The notes under the pieces: generated by a model
What the model was told of the DNA's origin: nothing
Seen by the model: only the letters and a program-made list of their open reading frames with translations
Database searches by the model: none
Position numbers and translations under genes: made by a program
In this document: in pieces, positions 48,325 to 57,644 of the stretch
Layout: each line of letters opens with the position of its first letter
Numbering within the stretch: the first letter of the stretch is position 1
Assembly: GCA_964506685.1 (NCBI GenBank)
Contig: CAZDMQ010000004.1
Location: 13,296-77,295, forward strand
Length of the DNA stretch: 64,000 nt
Direction of reading: 5' to 3'
Source: an uncultured Hyphomonadaceae bacterium
GTDB taxonomy: Bacteria; Pseudomonadota; Alphaproteobacteria; Caulobacterales; Hyphomonadaceae

Positions 48325-49884
48325 TCAGCCGCGCCTGGCCAGGGCTTTCAGTTCCCGCAGACCGATCGCGCCGGACAGCAGCGCCGCCAGCGCGTAGACA
48401 ACCACCCCGCCGGCCACCACGAGCAGCGTCTCGAGCAGGCCATCGCCGGGCAGGTATTCGCGGATCCCGCCGGCATCGAGACGCGCGACCAGCAGGACGG
48501 CGCCGAGCGCCAGGCTTGCCACGCCGCAGCGGATGAGGCGGGTCACGAGCCGTGCGCCGGGCGTATACCAGCCGCGCCGGTGCAATGTTACCAGCATCAG
48601 GGCGACATTGATCCAGGCGGCCGCGCTGGTTGCGATGGCAAGGCCGGGAAAGCCGGCGAGGCCCTGCGATTTCAGCCAGAAGAAAAGCCCTGCACCGAGG
48701 GCTGTGTTGATCGCAACCCCGATCAGGGCAAAGCGCATCGGCGTGCGGGTGTCCTCCTGGGCAAAGAAGGCCGGCGAAAGCACCTTGATCAGCACGAAGG
48801 CCGGGACGCCCCAGGCAAAATGCACCAGCGCCGCGCCGGCCTGTCGCGCATCGCCGGCCGTGAAGGCGCCGCGTGCAAACAGGGCATCGAGCAGCATGAC
48901 CGGGATCACGGCCAGTGCGACAGCGGCTGGCAGGGTGAAGGCCATCGCCAGCCCGATGCCGTCATCCATGGTCTGGCGGCTCTCTGCAGGGTGTCCCGAG
49001 CGCACGCTGCGGGACAGGCGCGGCAGGATCGCCACGCCCACGGCGACGCCAACAAGCCCAAGCGGCAGCTGGTAAAGGCGGTCGGCATATTGCAGCCAGG
49101 ACCGCGCTCCGACCTCGAAGCCGGCCAGGACCTGGCTGATGAGGATGTTGATCTGCATCCCGGAGGCGGCAACGGCGCCGGGTATGGCCAGCCCGATGAC
49201 CCGCTTCACATTGGGCGTGATCCGGGGCCAACCCAATAGCGAAAGCCTGACCTTCTGGCGTCGCACCCCCCAGGCCAGCAGCATGGCCTGCAGAGCGCCG
49301 GCGACAGTAATCCCGATGGCCGCATAGATGGCGGTCTGCCGGGCCGTCTCGCCAAGCAGGGCGGCGACGATGAGGCAGGCATTGAGCAGTGTCGGCGCGC
49401 CGGCCGACAGGGCAAACCGGCCCCCTGTGTTCAGCACCCCGGCATAGAGGGCGGCGAGCGCCATGCAGGCGAGATAGGGCATGGTGATCTGGGTCAGCAT
49501 CACCGACAGGTTGTAGATGTCCGGCCGGTCGAGATAGGCGCCATTGAAGGCCACCATGATCCAGGGCATGGCGACCTGGGCGGCAATGACCAGGGCGGCG
49601 GTGGCCGCAAACAGCACTCTCAGGGCGTCCTGGGCGATCGCCTGCGCCGCCTCTGCTCCTTCCGCTTCCAGCGTCCGGGCATAGCTGGGCACGAAGGCCT
49701 GGGCGAAGGCGCCTTCGGCAAAGAAACGCCGGAAGAGATTGGGGAACATGAGTGCAGCGAAGAAGGCGTCGCCGATCGGCCCCGCCCCGATCCGGGCCGC
49801 CAGGAGGATGTCGCGGGCAAAGCCGAGTACCCGGCTGACCAGGGTCAGGGACGCCTGGACAGCGGTGTTGCGGACAAGGCTCAT
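48325..49884 (-). CDS. murJ: lipid II flippase MurJ
   Basis: 519 aa polytopic protein with N-terminus [25 protein letters not shown]. glnD-murJ-trpS synteny. Confidence 0.9.
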   Translation of the reverse strand: MSLVRNTAVQASLTLVSRVLGFARDILLAARIGAGPIGDAFFAALMFPNLFRRFFAEGAFAQAFVPSYARTLEAEGAEAAQAIAQDALRVLFAATAALVIAAQVAMPWIMVAFNGAYLDRPDIYNLSVMLTQITMPYLACMALAALYAGVLNTGGRFALSAGAPTLLNACLIVAALLGETARQTAIYAAIGITVAGALQAMLLAWGVRRQKVRLSLLGWPRITPNVKRVIGLAIPGAVAASGMQINILISQVLAGFEVGARSWLQYADRLYQLPLGLVGVAVGVAILPRLSRSVRSGHPAESRQTMDDGIGLAMAFTLPAAVALAVIPVMLLDALFARGAFTAGDARQAGAALVHFAWGVPAFVLIKVLSPAFFAQEDTRTPMRFALIGVAINTALGAGLFFWLKSQGLAGFPGLAIATSAAAWINVALMLVTLHRRGWYTPGARLVTRLIRCGVASLALGAVLLVARLDAGGIREYLPGDGLLETLLVVAGGVVVYALAALLSGAIGLRELKALARRG

Positions 49885-49900
49885 GGGCGGTCCGCCACCG

Positions 49901-52753
49901 CTAGAAACTGTCGGCGGCAGTGGCCCGGCGGAGTGACCGCGCGGGTGTTTTCGGCGCGCCCGGATCGTCGCGGCCGAGACTGTCGAGCAATTGCTCGCGT
50001 ACCCGCTGCCCCATATCAGGATCGGTCAGCTTCGTGCCATCTCGGCGGCAGACGTAGAAGCTGTCGAACACCCGTTCGCCATAGCTGCCGACATGCGCCG
50101 AATGGATCGCCAGGCCATGATCGGCGAGCAGCTTCGCCACGTCATAGAGCAGGCCATGGCCGTCCCGAGCGATGATCTCGATCACGGTGAACTCCTCGGA
50201 CAGGTCGTTGCGGATCTGCACAACCGGCTCGACGATGAAGGCGGCCTCGCGACGGGAATTGCGCATCGCGATGTCCCGCGACGGGCAGCCCTCCCGAAGG
50301 GCGGTCTCCAGTTCCCGGGTCAACCGGTCGACGCGATCGGGATCGCCGTCGGCAAAGACCCCGCCATCTGGTGCCTGAAGCACAAAGGTGTCGATGATCC
50401 GGCCATCGGGGTTGGTGAAGACCTGGGCCGACGCGATGCTGGCCCCGCCCTGCAGGATCGTGCCGACAATGTCGGCGAACAGGCCGGGCCGGTCCTCGGC
50501 GGAGACCAGGATTTCGGTGTCGTGCTGCTCGCCGGCCCGGCGCCAGGCCACCGTCGGGTCGCCGCCCTGGGCCAGGACGTCGGCATGCCAGGTGAGCTCT
50601 TCCTCGTCGAAGCCGGCCCAGTATGCCGCTTCCATGCCGGGCATGGGCCTGGGGATGTCCTGGCGGCGGCTGGCAAGCGCCTGCCGTCGGGCCATGGCGC
50701 GACCGTCCAGCACGGCGAGCACCGCGCGTTCGTCAGTGCGTCCGCCGCGCAATGCAGCTGCGGTATTGTGATAGAGATCGGCCAGCAACTGGCCCTTCCA
50801 GGAATTCCAGACATTCGGTCCGACCGCGCAGATATCGGCTACGGTGAGGATGTAGAGCAGCCGCAGCCGCTCGAGGTCGCCGACCTGCCTGGCGAAGGTC
50901 GAGACCGTGCGCGGGTCCGTGATGTCGCGGCGCTGGGCGGTGTCGCTCATCAGCAGGTGGTGGCGGACCAGCCAGCCGACGAGATCCACTTCGGCCGGGC
51001 CGATCCCGAGCCGCCGGCAGGCCCGGCGTGCAGTCTTCTGGCCGGCGATCTGCTGGTCGCCGCGTCCCTTGCCGGTGTCGTGCAGGAGCATGGCAAGATA
51101 CAGCGCCCGCCGATGGATAATGTCGCCGAAGACCGGGCCCGGCAGGCCATGGCGGTCGAAGCGACCATGCTCGATATCGGAAATCGTCTGGACGGCCCGC
51201 AGCGTGTGCTCGTCCACGGTGTAGGCATGGTACATGTTGAACTGGGTCTGGGCCACGATGCTGCCGAATTCGGGGATGATCCGGCCAAGGATATCGGCTT
51301 CGTTCATGCGCCGGAGCGTCCGGGCCGGTTGGTCGCCTTCGAGCAGGGCGTCAAAGATGGCGTCCCGCACGTCGGGATGGCGCTGCAGGCGCGCGTCGAT
51401 CCGTCCGACATGGCGCTGCACCGCCCAGAGCGCGTCGGGGTGAATGTCGAGGTCTTCGGCGGCTGCCAGCGGGAACAGCCGCACCATCAGCGCCGGATCA
51501 TCCGCGAACCGCTCCGGCCGGTCGATGGACAGCCGGCCGGCATCGATGACGAACCCCTGTGTGCCGACCGGTTTCGGCGTCGCAGGGGGCAGGAAGCGGC
51601 GCAGGCCGCGCGGGCGCTTCTTCTGGTCCGTCTCGAGCTTGGCCGACAGGATCCGCGTCAGGTTGCCGACATCGCGCACGGTCCTGAAGTACTGCTTCAT
51701 GAACCGTTCGACGCCCAGGAACTCGCCGAGCCGCTCATATCCCATCCGGCCCGCGATCTCAGGCTGCAGGTCGAAGCTCAGCCGTTCCTCATGCCGGCCG
51801 GTCACGAAGTGGATATGGCAGCGCACCGTCCACAGGAACCGGGCGGCGCGGATATAGCGGCGATAGTCCTGCCGGGTGAAGTCGCTTCGCCCCATCACGT
51901 CCTCGAGCGTCTCTCCGCCTTTGAGGAACTTGACGATCCAGAACAGGGTCTGCAGGTCGCGCAGCCCGCCCTTGCCCTCCTTCACATTCGGCTCGACGAC
52001 ATAGCGGGTATCGCCCTGGCGGGCATGGCGCCGGTCGCGTTCAGCGAGCTTGTCGGCGATAAAGCTTGCCTCGCGGCCCTTCATGCATTCGTCCTCGAAG
52101 CGCTGCTTGAGTGTCTCGAACAGCGTCTTCTCGCCCGACAGGAAGCGGGCATCCAGCAGTGATGTCTGGATCGTGAGGTCCTCGCGCGACAGCCTCACGC
52201 ATTCATCAACCGTCCGGAACGCATGGCCGACCTTCAGGCCCATGTCCCAGAGCGCATAGAGCATGTATTCGACCACGCTTTCGGCATGGGCATTCTTCCG
52301 GCTCGGCGTCAGGACCAGCAGGTCGATGTCGGAGGAGGGGGCCAGCACGCTGCGGCCATATCCACCGGTCGCGCAGATGGCGATCCGCTCGGCATCGGTC
52401 GGGTTTCCGGCATGGTAGACGTGGTAAATGATGAAATCATGCAGCGCGCAGATAACCTCGTCCTGCACCGCAGCCAGCAATCGGGCCGTGTCGAGGCCGT
52501 CCGCGCCCTGTTCTAGCCGTTCCTGCGCAATCATCCGGCCGCGGAAAAGGGCCCCGTGCAGGATGTCCAGCGCCTGCCGGCGCTGCTCGTCGGGATTGCC
52601 GATATGCGTCTGGGCGGCGGCGGTCAGCCGGGTGCGCAGCGCCAGCCCGTCAATGATGTACTCGATCCGCCACGGCCCGGGGGTCAGCGAAGGCGACGGC
52701 CGGGGACCGAGGGCGGCAACCGGCGTCTCGGAAGGGGGGGAGGCGTCATCCAT
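49901..52753 (-). CDS. glnD: [protein-PII] uridylyltransferase/uridylyl-removing enzyme
   Basis: 950 aa. Contains a nucleotidyltransferase domain (GGYGRSVLAPSSDIDL), an HD domain (LLHDTGKG) and two ACT domains. Confidence 0.9.
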   Translation of the reverse strand: MDDASPPSETPVAALGPRPSPSLTPGPWRIEYIIDGLALRTRLTAAAQTHIGNPDEQRRQALDILHGALFRGRMIAQERLEQGADGLDTARLLAAVQDEVICALHDFIIYHVYHAGNPTDAERIAICATGGYGRSVLAPSSDIDLLVLTPSRKNAHAESVVEYMLYALWDMGLKVGHAFRTVDECVRLSREDLTIQTSLLDARFLSGEKTLFETLKQRFEDECMKGREASFIADKLAERDRRHARQGDTRYVVEPNVKEGKGGLRDLQTLFWIVKFLKGGETLEDVMGRSDFTRQDYRRYIRAARFLWTVRCHIHFVTGRHEERLSFDLQPEIAGRMGYERLGEFLGVERFMKQYFRTVRDVGNLTRILSAKLETDQKKRPRGLRRFLPPATPKPVGTQGFVIDAGRLSIDRPERFADDPALMVRLFPLAAAEDLDIHPDALWAVQRHVGRIDARLQRHPDVRDAIFDALLEGDQPARTLRRMNEADILGRIIPEFGSIVAQTQFNMYHAYTVDEHTLRAVQTISDIEHGRFDRHGLPGPVFGDIIHRRALYLAMLLHDTGKGRGDQQIAGQKTARRACRRLGIGPAEVDLVGWLVRHHLLMSDTAQRRDITDPRTVSTFARQVGDLERLRLLYILTVADICAVGPNVWNSWKGQLLADLYHNTAAALRGGRTDERAVLAVLDGRAMARRQALASRRQDIPRPMPGMEAAYWAGFDEEELTWHADVLAQGGDPTVAWRRAGEQHDTEILVSAEDRPGLFADIVGTILQGGASIASAQVFTNPDGRIIDTFVLQAPDGGVFADGDPDRVDRLTRELETALREGCPSRDIAMRNSRREAAFIVEPVVQIRNDLSEEFTVIEIIARDGHGLLYDVAKLLADHGLAIHSAHVGSYGERVFDSFYVCRRDGTKLTDPDMGQRVREQLLDSLGRDDPGAPKTPARSLRRATAADSF

Positions 52754-52793
52754 GGCTTCTATCTAAACTAATTGCGTCAGCATCGTCAGGGGG

Positions 52794-53495
52794 CTAACGC
52801 CGAAAGGCAAGTCTTTGACCATGCCGGGTTTCCTCGGCCCGCGTCAGCGCAACCAGCGCCCCGGCGACCGTGGCGGCGTCGGGCAGCGTGGCGGGATCCT
52901 CGCCCGGCATGGCTTCGGCGCGCATGGGTGTTGCCGTGGCCCCGGGATCGAAGAGATTGATCCGTATCGCACTCTTCTCGTTCTCATCGGCCCATGCTGC
53001 CACCATGGCCTCCAGACCGGCCTTCGATGCCTGGTAGGGGCCCCAGAACGCCCGCGGGCGTGGCACGACCCCCGAGGTGACGAACACGGCGCGGGGGGCC
53101 TCACCGAGGCGCAGTAGGGGGTCGAGCGAGCGGATCAGGCGCCAGTTGGCGGTCAGGTTGACCTCGATGGTTTCCTCGAAACTGCGCGGTCGCACGGTTT
53201 GCAGCGGTCCGAGTGTGCCCAGGATCCCGGCATTTGCGACAAGGGCGTCGAGGCGGCCGAAACGGTCATGCAGGATGCCGCCAAGCGCATCGATGCCTTT
53301 CGCATCCTTGAGGTCCATGGGTACCAGCACGGCCCGTGAACCGAGCGCACGGATCTCGTCGTCGAGCGTTTCGAGTGCGGTCTTGCTGCGCGCGAGGGCA
53401 ATCACGGTATCGCCGCGACGGGCGAGGGCGAGGGCGGCAGCACGGCCGATGCCCCGTGAGGCGCCGGTGACGAGGGTCAGGCGGGTATCATGCAT
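52794..53495 (-). CDS. SDR family oxidoreductase
   Basis: TGASRGIG cofactor motif and catalytic YQASKAGL. Confidence 0.85.
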   Translation of the reverse strand: MHDTRLTLVTGASRGIGRAAALALARRGDTVIALARSKTALETLDDEIRALGSRAVLVPMDLKDAKGIDALGGILHDRFGRLDALVANAGILGTLGPLQTVRPRSFEETIEVNLTANWRLIRSLDPLLRLGEAPRAVFVTSGVVPRPRAFWGPYQASKAGLEAMVAAWADENEKSAIRINLFDPGATATPMRAEAMPGEDPATLPDAATVAGALVALTRAEETRHGQRLAFRR

Positions 53496-53573
53496 GGCCT
53501 GGCTTTACGGTTTGTTGGGGTGAGGCGCAATTCCGGGGGGCGGCGGCTGTCCGTCAGTCGGTCAGTCAGTGGG

Positions 53574-55103
53574 TCAGTCGAGAAACGAGCCCTGGTCGTC
53601 ATCGCCGAGACCGCTTCGCTTCCGGGGCCTGTAGTTCTTGTCGGCATGTTCGACCGGATAGTCGCCGGTGAAGCAGTGATCCGATACCTGCGGCTGGTCG
53701 GGATCGCGCCGGTCATGGCCGATCGCCCGGTACAGCCCGTCCACCGAGAGAAAGTGCAGCGAATCCACCCCGAGCCGGTGACGCATTTCAGCCTGGCTGT
53801 AGCGGGCGGCAAACAGCGCTTCGGTGTCTGCCATGTCGATCCCGTAGTGATCAGTGTGCGTGATCATCGGGCTGGCCGAGCAGAAATGGATTTCCGCCGC
53901 GCCGGCGTCGCGGACAAGGTCGACGATCTTCTTGGAGGTTGTCCCGCGCACGACTGAATCGTCAACGAGGACCACCCGTGCGCCCTTCAGCACCGGCCGG
54001 TTGGGCGCATGCTTCATCGAGACCGAGCTTTCCCGTTCCAGCTGGGTCGGTGCAATGAATGTGCGCCCGACATAGTGACTGCGGATGATGCCGAGCTGGT
54101 AGGGCAGGCCGGACTGTTCGGCGAAGCCGATCGCGGCCGGTACGCCGCTATCCGGCACCGGGACGACGACATCGGCATCGATGCCGGCCTGCAGGGCGAG
54201 CTGGCGGCCCATTTCGACGCGGGCTTCATAGACACTGCGCCCGTCGATCACGCTGTCGGGACGCGAGAAATAGACGTATTCAAAGGCGCAGGGCCGCGCC
54301 TTGACCCGCGGAAACGGGAAGACCCGCGCCTCGCCCTCGTGCGAGAAGGTGACGACTTCGCCGGCCTCGATTTCCCGGACAAACGTCGCGCCGAGCATGT
54401 CCAGCGCGCAGGTTTCCGAGGCCAGGACCGGTGAGCGCCGCTCACCCAGCGTGCCCAGGACCAGCGGACGCAGGCCAACCGGGTCCCGGGCGCCGATCAG
54501 GTAGTCCCGGGTGAGCCCGACCACGGCATAGCCGCCCTGGATCTGCTTCAGGGCGTCGATGAACCGGTCCATCAGCGATCGCTGCCGGCTCTGCGCGGTG
54601 AGCTGCACGATCACCTCGGAGTCCATGGTCGACTGGAAGATCGCGCCATTGTCGACAAGGCTGTCGCGCAGCAGCAGCGCATTGGTCAGGTTGCCGTTAT
54701 GGGCCATGGCAAAGCCGCCCGTCGCGATCTCGGCATAGATCGGCTGGATGTTCGGCGTTGCGGCCTTCGGCCCTGAGGTCGAGTAGCGATTGTGTCCGAT
54801 GGCCATGTGACCGGGCAGGCGCTTGTCGAAATCGAGCCCGTTGAAGGCGTCACTCACCAGGCCAAGGTGCCGTTCCTGATGGAAGCGGCCACCATGGGTG
54901 GGGTCGAAGGAGACGATACCGCAGGCCTCTTCTCCGCGATGCTGCAGGGCCTGGAGCCCCTGCGCTGTCAGCGCGGCAGCGGCGGGATGGTCGAACACGC
55001 CGAACACCCCGCACTCCTCGCGGGGTTTGTCATCGCCGGGCAGTTCGATCCAGCCGTTCGGCGGACGGGTATAGTCGTGGGGGCTGTGTCCGGGACGCGT
55101 CAT
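53574..55103 (-). CDS. purF: amidophosphoribosyltransferase
   Basis: N-terminal nucleophile context ECGVFGVF. PRPP-binding loop VLVDDSVVRGTT. ATG at 55103 after GGAG. Confidence 0.9.
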   Translation of the reverse strand: MTRPGHSPHDYTRPPNGWIELPGDDKPREECGVFGVFDHPAAAALTAQGLQALQHRGEEACGIVSFDPTHGGRFHQERHLGLVSDAFNGLDFDKRLPGHMAIGHNRYSTSGPKAATPNIQPIYAEIATGGFAMAHNGNLTNALLLRDSLVDNGAIFQSTMDSEVIVQLTAQSRQRSLMDRFIDALKQIQGGYAVVGLTRDYLIGARDPVGLRPLVLGTLGERRSPVLASETCALDMLGATFVREIEAGEVVTFSHEGEARVFPFPRVKARPCAFEYVYFSRPDSVIDGRSVYEARVEMGRQLALQAGIDADVVVPVPDSGVPAAIGFAEQSGLPYQLGIIRSHYVGRTFIAPTQLERESSVSMKHAPNRPVLKGARVVLVDDSVVRGTTSKKIVDLVRDAGAAEIHFCSASPMITHTDHYGIDMADTEALFAARYSQAEMRHRLGVDSLHFLSVDGLYRAIGHDRRDPDQPQVSDHCFTGDYPVEHADKNYRPRKRSGLGDDDQGSFLD

Positions 55104-55132
55104 GGAGGAAACTCCTTCACGGCCCATCGGGC

Positions 55133-55684
55133 CTAATTGCGGACCGCGTCCGTTCCGGCCGTGCGACCGGATCCATCATCACCTTCGGCGATTCGCGGGG
55201 CGTTTTCATGCACATAATCGGCCGCGTTCGCGAAATAAGGGTAGGTAAGCGCGTTGGTGATCCAGTTGGGTATCTTGTCGCGGGCAATGCCGAGCTGCAG
55301 GACGTAGACAAAGAACACAATCGCGATGGCGCCCCGGGCGACCCCGAAGGCCAGGCCGGCCAGCCGGTCGATGGCGCCGATCCCTTCCACGCTCTGGACG
55401 TTCTGGGACAGGCGGTGACCGAGCATCGCCACGGCGACGTAGACGGCCAGGAAGACGGTCAGGATCAGGATGAAATCGGCGGTCCATGACGGGGCTGTCT
55501 CGGGGAGCACGGCGGCCAGTGGGTTCCGGAGCAGGGAGCGGGCATAATAGGCCGACGCCAGCGCGGCAATGAATGCGCCGAGCGTGGCCAGTTCGCGCAC
55601 GAACCCGCGCGCCACGGCCATCAGCGCCGAGATGATCACGAGGGCGATGGCCACCGCGTCGAATGGGGTGATGGCGTCAGTCAT
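55133..55684 (-). CDS. cvpA: CvpA family membrane protein
   Basis: 183 aa with 4 TM. Conserved cvpA-purF pairing. 8-nt overlap with radA. Confidence 0.8.
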   Translation of the reverse strand: MTDAITPFDAVAIALVIISALMAVARGFVRELATLGAFIAALASAYYARSLLRNPLAAVLPETAPSWTADFILILTVFLAVYVAVAMLGHRLSQNVQSVEGIGAIDRLAGLAFGVARGAIAIVFFVYVLQLGIARDKIPNWITNALTYPYFANAADYVHENAPRIAEGDDGSGRTAGTDAVRN

Positions 55685-57053
55685 GCTGGACGTCCGGTGC
55701 GAGGAAATCGACCAGATCGATAAGCCGTTTCACGGGCCGGATCGTCAAGCCGTCAATTGCCGCGGGGCTGCCATCGGGGACAAGCGCCTGCCGGAAGCCG
55801 AGACGTTCGGCCTCCTTCAGGCGCTGGTCTGTCCGCCCCACGGGCCGGATCGCGCCGGAGAGGGCAACCTCGCCGAAGAACACGGTCCTGGCCGGCGCCG
55901 GATTGTCGGCCAGCGAGGTCAGCAGCGCCGCGCAGGCCGCGAGGTCGGCCGCCGGGTCCTGCACACGGTATCCGCCGGCGACCGACAGATACACATCGTG
56001 GCCGGCCAGGGAGATCCCGCAGCGCGCCTCGAGGACGGCCAGCAGCATGGCGAGGCGGTTGGAATCCCAGCCCACCACGGACCGGCGCGGCGTGCCATAG
56101 GCGCTCTTTGCGGCCAGCGCCTGGACCTCTGCCAGCACCGGTCTCGAGCCTTCCATGGCAGCGAATACCGCAGCGCCGCCGGTGACCACCTCGTCGGACG
56201 ACAGGAACAGCGCCGAGGGTTCGCGCGCGGGCGCCAGGCCGTAGGGATGCATCTCGAAAATGCCGATCTCGTCGGTCGGACCGAACCGGTTCTTGACCGC
56301 CCGGAGGATGCGGAACTGGTGGCCGCGCTCGCCCTCGAAATAGAACACCGTATCGACCATGTGCTCGACCACGCGCGGACCGGCGAGCTGGCCCTCCTTG
56401 GTGACATGCCCGACCATGACCAGTGCCGCGCCGGAGCGTTTGGCCCAGCGGGTCAGTTCCTGGCCGCAGGCTCGGACCTGCGCCACCGAGCCGGGCGCCG
56501 CCTCGAGACTGTCGGACCAGAGCGTCTGGATGGAGTCGATCACCACGAAGTCAGGCTTCTGGACCTTGAGCGCAGAGAGGATCTTTCGCAGGTCGGTTTC
56601 GGCGGCAAGCTGGACCGGGCTGTCGGCGACCTTCAGCCGGCGCGCGCGGTCCTGGATCTGGGCGGTGGCTTCCTCTCCGGAAATATAGGCGACGTTGAGC
56701 CCGTTGCGGGCCAGTCGTGCGGCCACCTGAAGAAGCAGGGTCGACTTGCCGATACCGGGATCTCCGCCGATCAGGGTCGCCGAGGCCGGCACGATGCCGC
56801 CGCCGAATGCCCTGTCGAGCTCATCGACCCCGATCAGCTTCCTGGCAGGTGCCTCGCTGATCCCGTCAAGCGCGGTAAACTCGACCTGCCCGGCGCGCGT
56901 GGCGCTGGTCGGGGCTTTCAATCCGCCCGGCGGCGTTGCAAGCGTTTCCTCGACCAGCGTGTTCCACGCGCCACAACCAGAGCATTGCCCGCTCCATTTG
57001 CGGTGCGCCGTGCCACATGACTGACAGACATGCTGGGTATCGGTGCGCGCCAT
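55677..57053 (-). CDS. radA: DNA repair protein RadA
   Basis: Zinc finger CQSCG...CSGCG, Walker A GDPGIGKST, the KNRFG motif and a Lon-like C-terminal domain. ATG at 57053. Confidence 0.9.
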   Translation of the reverse strand: MARTDTQHVCQSCGTAHRKWSGQCSGCGAWNTLVEETLATPPGGLKAPTSATRAGQVEFTALDGISEAPARKLIGVDELDRAFGGGIVPASATLIGGDPGIGKSTLLLQVAARLARNGLNVAYISGEEATAQIQDRARRLKVADSPVQLAAETDLRKILSALKVQKPDFVVIDSIQTLWSDSLEAAPGSVAQVRACGQELTRWAKRSGAALVMVGHVTKEGQLAGPRVVEHMVDTVFYFEGERGHQFRILRAVKNRFGPTDEIGIFEMHPYGLAPAREPSALFLSSDEVVTGGAAVFAAMEGSRPVLAEVQALAAKSAYGTPRRSVVGWDSNRLAMLLAVLEARCGISLAGHDVYLSVAGGYRVQDPAADLAACAALLTSLADNPAPARTVFFGEVALSGAIRPVGRTDQRLKEAERLGFRQALVPDGSPAAIDGLTIRPVKRLIDLVDFLAPDVQHD

Positions 57054-57171
57054 GGCCCGAACGCCTACCCGGCTTTGCTTGCGAGCAAAAGCCATGACCG
57101 TTCGCAATTGCAGCGCGTACGTCGTGGCGCCGACCAGAATTCCGGTTAGAATGACGGGCAGTTGCGGATGA

Positions 57172-57600
57172 TTGGATCCTAGTTTGAGCGAATTCTACAG
57201 GCTCGTTTATGTCAGCCAGGCGCGGACCGGGCTTACCGACGCCGAGATCGGGCACATCCTCGATGCTTCCAGCTCCAATAATCACGAGCGGTTCCTGACC
57301 GGGTTCCTCACGCTCAATCACGGGCGTTTCATGCAGGTCCTTGAAGGTCCCGAGGACGAGGTGCGCAATACCTTTGCACGGATCGGAGCCGACCCCCGCC
57401 ATGGCTGCGTCATCCAGATCGTGGGCGAGCCGGCGGACCGGCGCATCTTCCCGGACTGGACGATGAACTACTTCCGGGTCGACGGTGAAAAGGGCAACCC
57501 GTCCATGCGTGTCCGCGAGGACGAGATCGACGCCCTGATGCCGCCGGCCACCCCGCAGCCCTATCTCTACCTGTTTTCCCGTTTCATGACCCAGCGCTGA
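57172..57600 (+). CDS. short stand-alone BLUF blue-light photoreceptor
   Basis: YRLVYVS (Tyr), FMQVLEG (Gln) and FPDWTM (Trp/Met) photocycle residues are present. 142 aa. Probable TTG start. Confidence 0.8.
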   Translation: MDPSLSEFYRLVYVSQARTGLTDAEIGHILDASSSNNHERFLTGFLTLNHGRFMQVLEGPEDEVRNTFARIGADPRHGCVIQIVGEPADRRIFPDWTMNYFRVDGEKGNPSMRVREDEIDALMPPATPQPYLYLFSRFMTQR

Positions 57601-57644
57601 CGGGCCGGGAGGTCCGGATCGGGGGTAGGGGAGGGCAGGGCGAC

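Noticed and set aside
53553-53579. Three GTCAGTC copies overlapping the purF stop codon (TGAC/TGAC on the coding strand).
   Set aside because: Very short and irregularly spaced (8 and 12 nt). It is compatible with chance or minor slippage, and no structure or function is suggested.
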